From an uncultured Candidatus Micrarchaeota archaeon (GTDB lineage: Archaea; Micrarchaeota; Micrarchaeia; Anstonellales; Bilamarchaeaceae), in contig CAVRPK010000004.1 of NCBI GenBank assembly GCA_963723105.1, forward strand, positions 4,765 to 68,764: DNA of 64,000 nucleotides. Direction: 5' to 3'. Shown piece after piece: positions 62,583 to 64,000 of the stretch (position 1 is its first letter; every line of letters begins with the position of its first letter). The translations under genes were made by a program, and so were the position numbers. The notes beneath the pieces were generated by a model. The model was not told where the DNA came from and did not search any database. It saw nothing but the letters and a program-made list of their open reading frames with translations.

Positions 62583-63815
62583 ATGCAAAAGCACATTGTG
62601 TCATTATTGGTCTTTAGTCTGCTTATCTCTGGTTGTGTGCAGGGTTCAGAACCTCGCTCTGATGCAGATGTAAAAAGTACTGCCAGTAATGATGGGGTGC
62701 CTGAAGTCACAGAAACAAAAGAATCACCAAAAGAACTCCCCAAAGGAATCCTGGTAGATGAAATTCCTGAAAACGCAGATGTAATATTCGGCTCAATAAG
62801 ATATGTGCTGAATGATATGGCTTGTTTGAACGAGGATTATGAACTCAAAGACAATTTCATCAATGATCCTGATTGCAATGGAAAAATATATGCTTCGGAT
62901 GGTCAGCTGGCTTCTTTAGTTCAGCTTTTTACTATGGATATTGAAACAGGTCATGTTGAGCAGATAACAAATACGGATTGTTTTTTCGTCAACGGACAGG
63001 TGGTGGACTCAAAAACCATTATGGCTATTGCGATATGTTCTGATACTGATGGTAATGGAAGGCTCAATCATCAAGATCAGCCACAACTCTATATGCTGGA
63101 TATGGGAACTGAAAATATGGATTGCCTTACATGTGGTTTGGATCTAATTGCCATAAACAATCCAGATTATTCTTCTGTGAATAAAAAAATACTCTTCTCA
63201 TCGGGAATAGAACCTGGGATGAATAATCACCTATTTACAATTGATTCTGATAAAAATCTTGTTCAGTTGACTAATGATAGTGAATATCTGGATTTTGACT
63301 GTTCCTGGTCAGAAGATGGGACTAAGATTGTCGCTAGCAGATTGCCAAATCAGGAATTTCCATTTTCCATTCCGTCACAGGTATGGCTAATGGATGCGGA
63401 TGGAACAAATATGGAAAAAATAACTGATGGAGGAAAAAACCCAGAAGGAGAAGAAAATCAAGGTCCCTATCCGATAGGAATTGATGCTGATCCTGATTTA
63501 AGTCCTGATAATCATGAAATAGTTTTCTCAAGATTAAAGACAGGAAAGCAAAATGGATTTGGAATCTTTGAACTGGTTATTGTTGATGTTGATACCAAGG
63601 AAGAAAGAATCCTGGATTCAAAGTATGCAAACATGGTGCCTGAATGGAAGAGCAGAGGAATCCTCCTTTTGCGTCAAATAGGGGAAGACTTTAGCAGTCC
63701 GACTGATGTAAAACAAGCTCTATATCTATACAAAGATGGAACTTTTGAGGATTTGGAAGGCTATCCATATAATGTATTTCCTCTTGGCGCTTATAGTGGC
63801 AGCTGGATAGAGTAA
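62583..63815 (+). CDS. Lipoprotein with TolB-like (PD40/WD40-like) beta-propeller repeats
   Basis: Lipobox LLISGC. Repeats resemble PD40 (DFDCSWSEDGTKIVASR and DADPDLSPDNHEIVFSR). Confidence 0.6.
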   Translation: MQKHIVSLLVFSLLISGCVQGSEPRSDADVKSTASNDGVPEVTETKESPKELPKGILVDEIPENADVIFGSIRYVLNDMACLNEDYELKDNFINDPDCNGKIYASDGQLASLVQLFTMDIETGHVEQITNTDCFFVNGQVVDSKTIMAIAICSDTDGNGRLNHQDQPQLYMLDMGTENMDCLTCGLDLIAINNPDYSSVNKKILFSSGIEPGMNNHLFTIDSDKNLVQLTNDSEYLDFDCSWSEDGTKIVASRLPNQEFPFSIPSQVWLMDADGTNMEKITDGGKNPEGEENQGPYPIGIDADPDLSPDNHEIVFSRLKTGKQNGFGIFELVIVDVDTKEERILDSKYANMVPEWKSRGILLLRQIGEDFSSPTDVKQALYLYKDGTFEDLEGYPYNVFPLGAYSGSWIE

Positions 63816-63872
63816 TTATATACTCAATTGTTCTACAGAAAATATCAAAATGAATGTTAGTGAGGTTGAAAA

Positions 63873-64000
63873 ATGACAAAAACTGAAGAAAATCTAAAGG
63901 CTGCTTTTGCAGGAGAAAGTCAGGCAAGGAACAAATACACTTATTATGCAAAAGTCGCAAGAAAGGCAGGATATCACTACATTGCCAAAATCTTTGAGGA
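63873..64000 (+). CDS. rbr: Rubrerythrin, N-terminal fragment (continues beyond window end)
   Basis: MTKTEENLKAAFAGESQARNKYTYYAKVARKAGYHYIAKIFE is the ferritin-like diiron helix 1. SD-like TGAGGT lies upstream. Confidence 0.8.
   Translation, partial: MTKTEENLKAAFAGESQARNKYTYYAKVARKAGYHYIAKIFE

Overview
This is a compact, low-GC, roughly 90% coding archaeal chromosome segment. The archaeal origin is read directly from the sequence: TFB, Topo VI A/B, an archaeal-type topoisomerase IA, RtcB plus archease, two intron-containing tRNAs, and CATTTAAAT-like TATA boxes 25-35 nt upstream of start codons, so lead genes look leaderless. Many Cys-rich secreted proteins carry lipobox signal peptides. There are two secreted nucleases, a peptidoglycan lytic transglycosylase and patchy metabolism, which together suggest a small-genome, DPANN-like, host- or community-dependent archaeon; this is inference only. 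I call about 70 CDS, 2 tRNAs, 1 candidate C/D-box sRNA, several promoters and terminators, and no CRISPR array or recognisable transposon. The best candidate for an undescribed system is 20.6-29.2 kb. It holds an orphan 1569-aa membrane-tethered protein, mostly predicted cytoplasmic and ending in a zinc ribbon. A Cys-rich 869-aa lipoprotein with an SLT/GH23 lytic-transglycosylase core follows 37 nt downstream, and a divergent AAA+/wHTH ATPase sits upstream across a dyad-repeat promoter region. Other notable points: (1) tRNA-Glu(CUC) has two introns, one in the D-loop. (2) The canonical introns of tRNA-Asn and tRNA-Glu share a conserved hairpin module with a compensatory base-pair change. (3) tRNA-Asn has a structured leader that duplicates its 5' end. 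(4) pgk is split by a +1 frameshift in an A-run. (5) A 321-aa protein with a HicA-like C-terminus is translationally coupled to a HicB-like gene and a thioredoxin-like gene. (6) Two paralogous membrane-anchored wHTH plus acidic secreted protein modules are present. (7) There is an H1-tail-like Lys-rich protein. All functional calls rest on motif recognition by eye; no database search was run.
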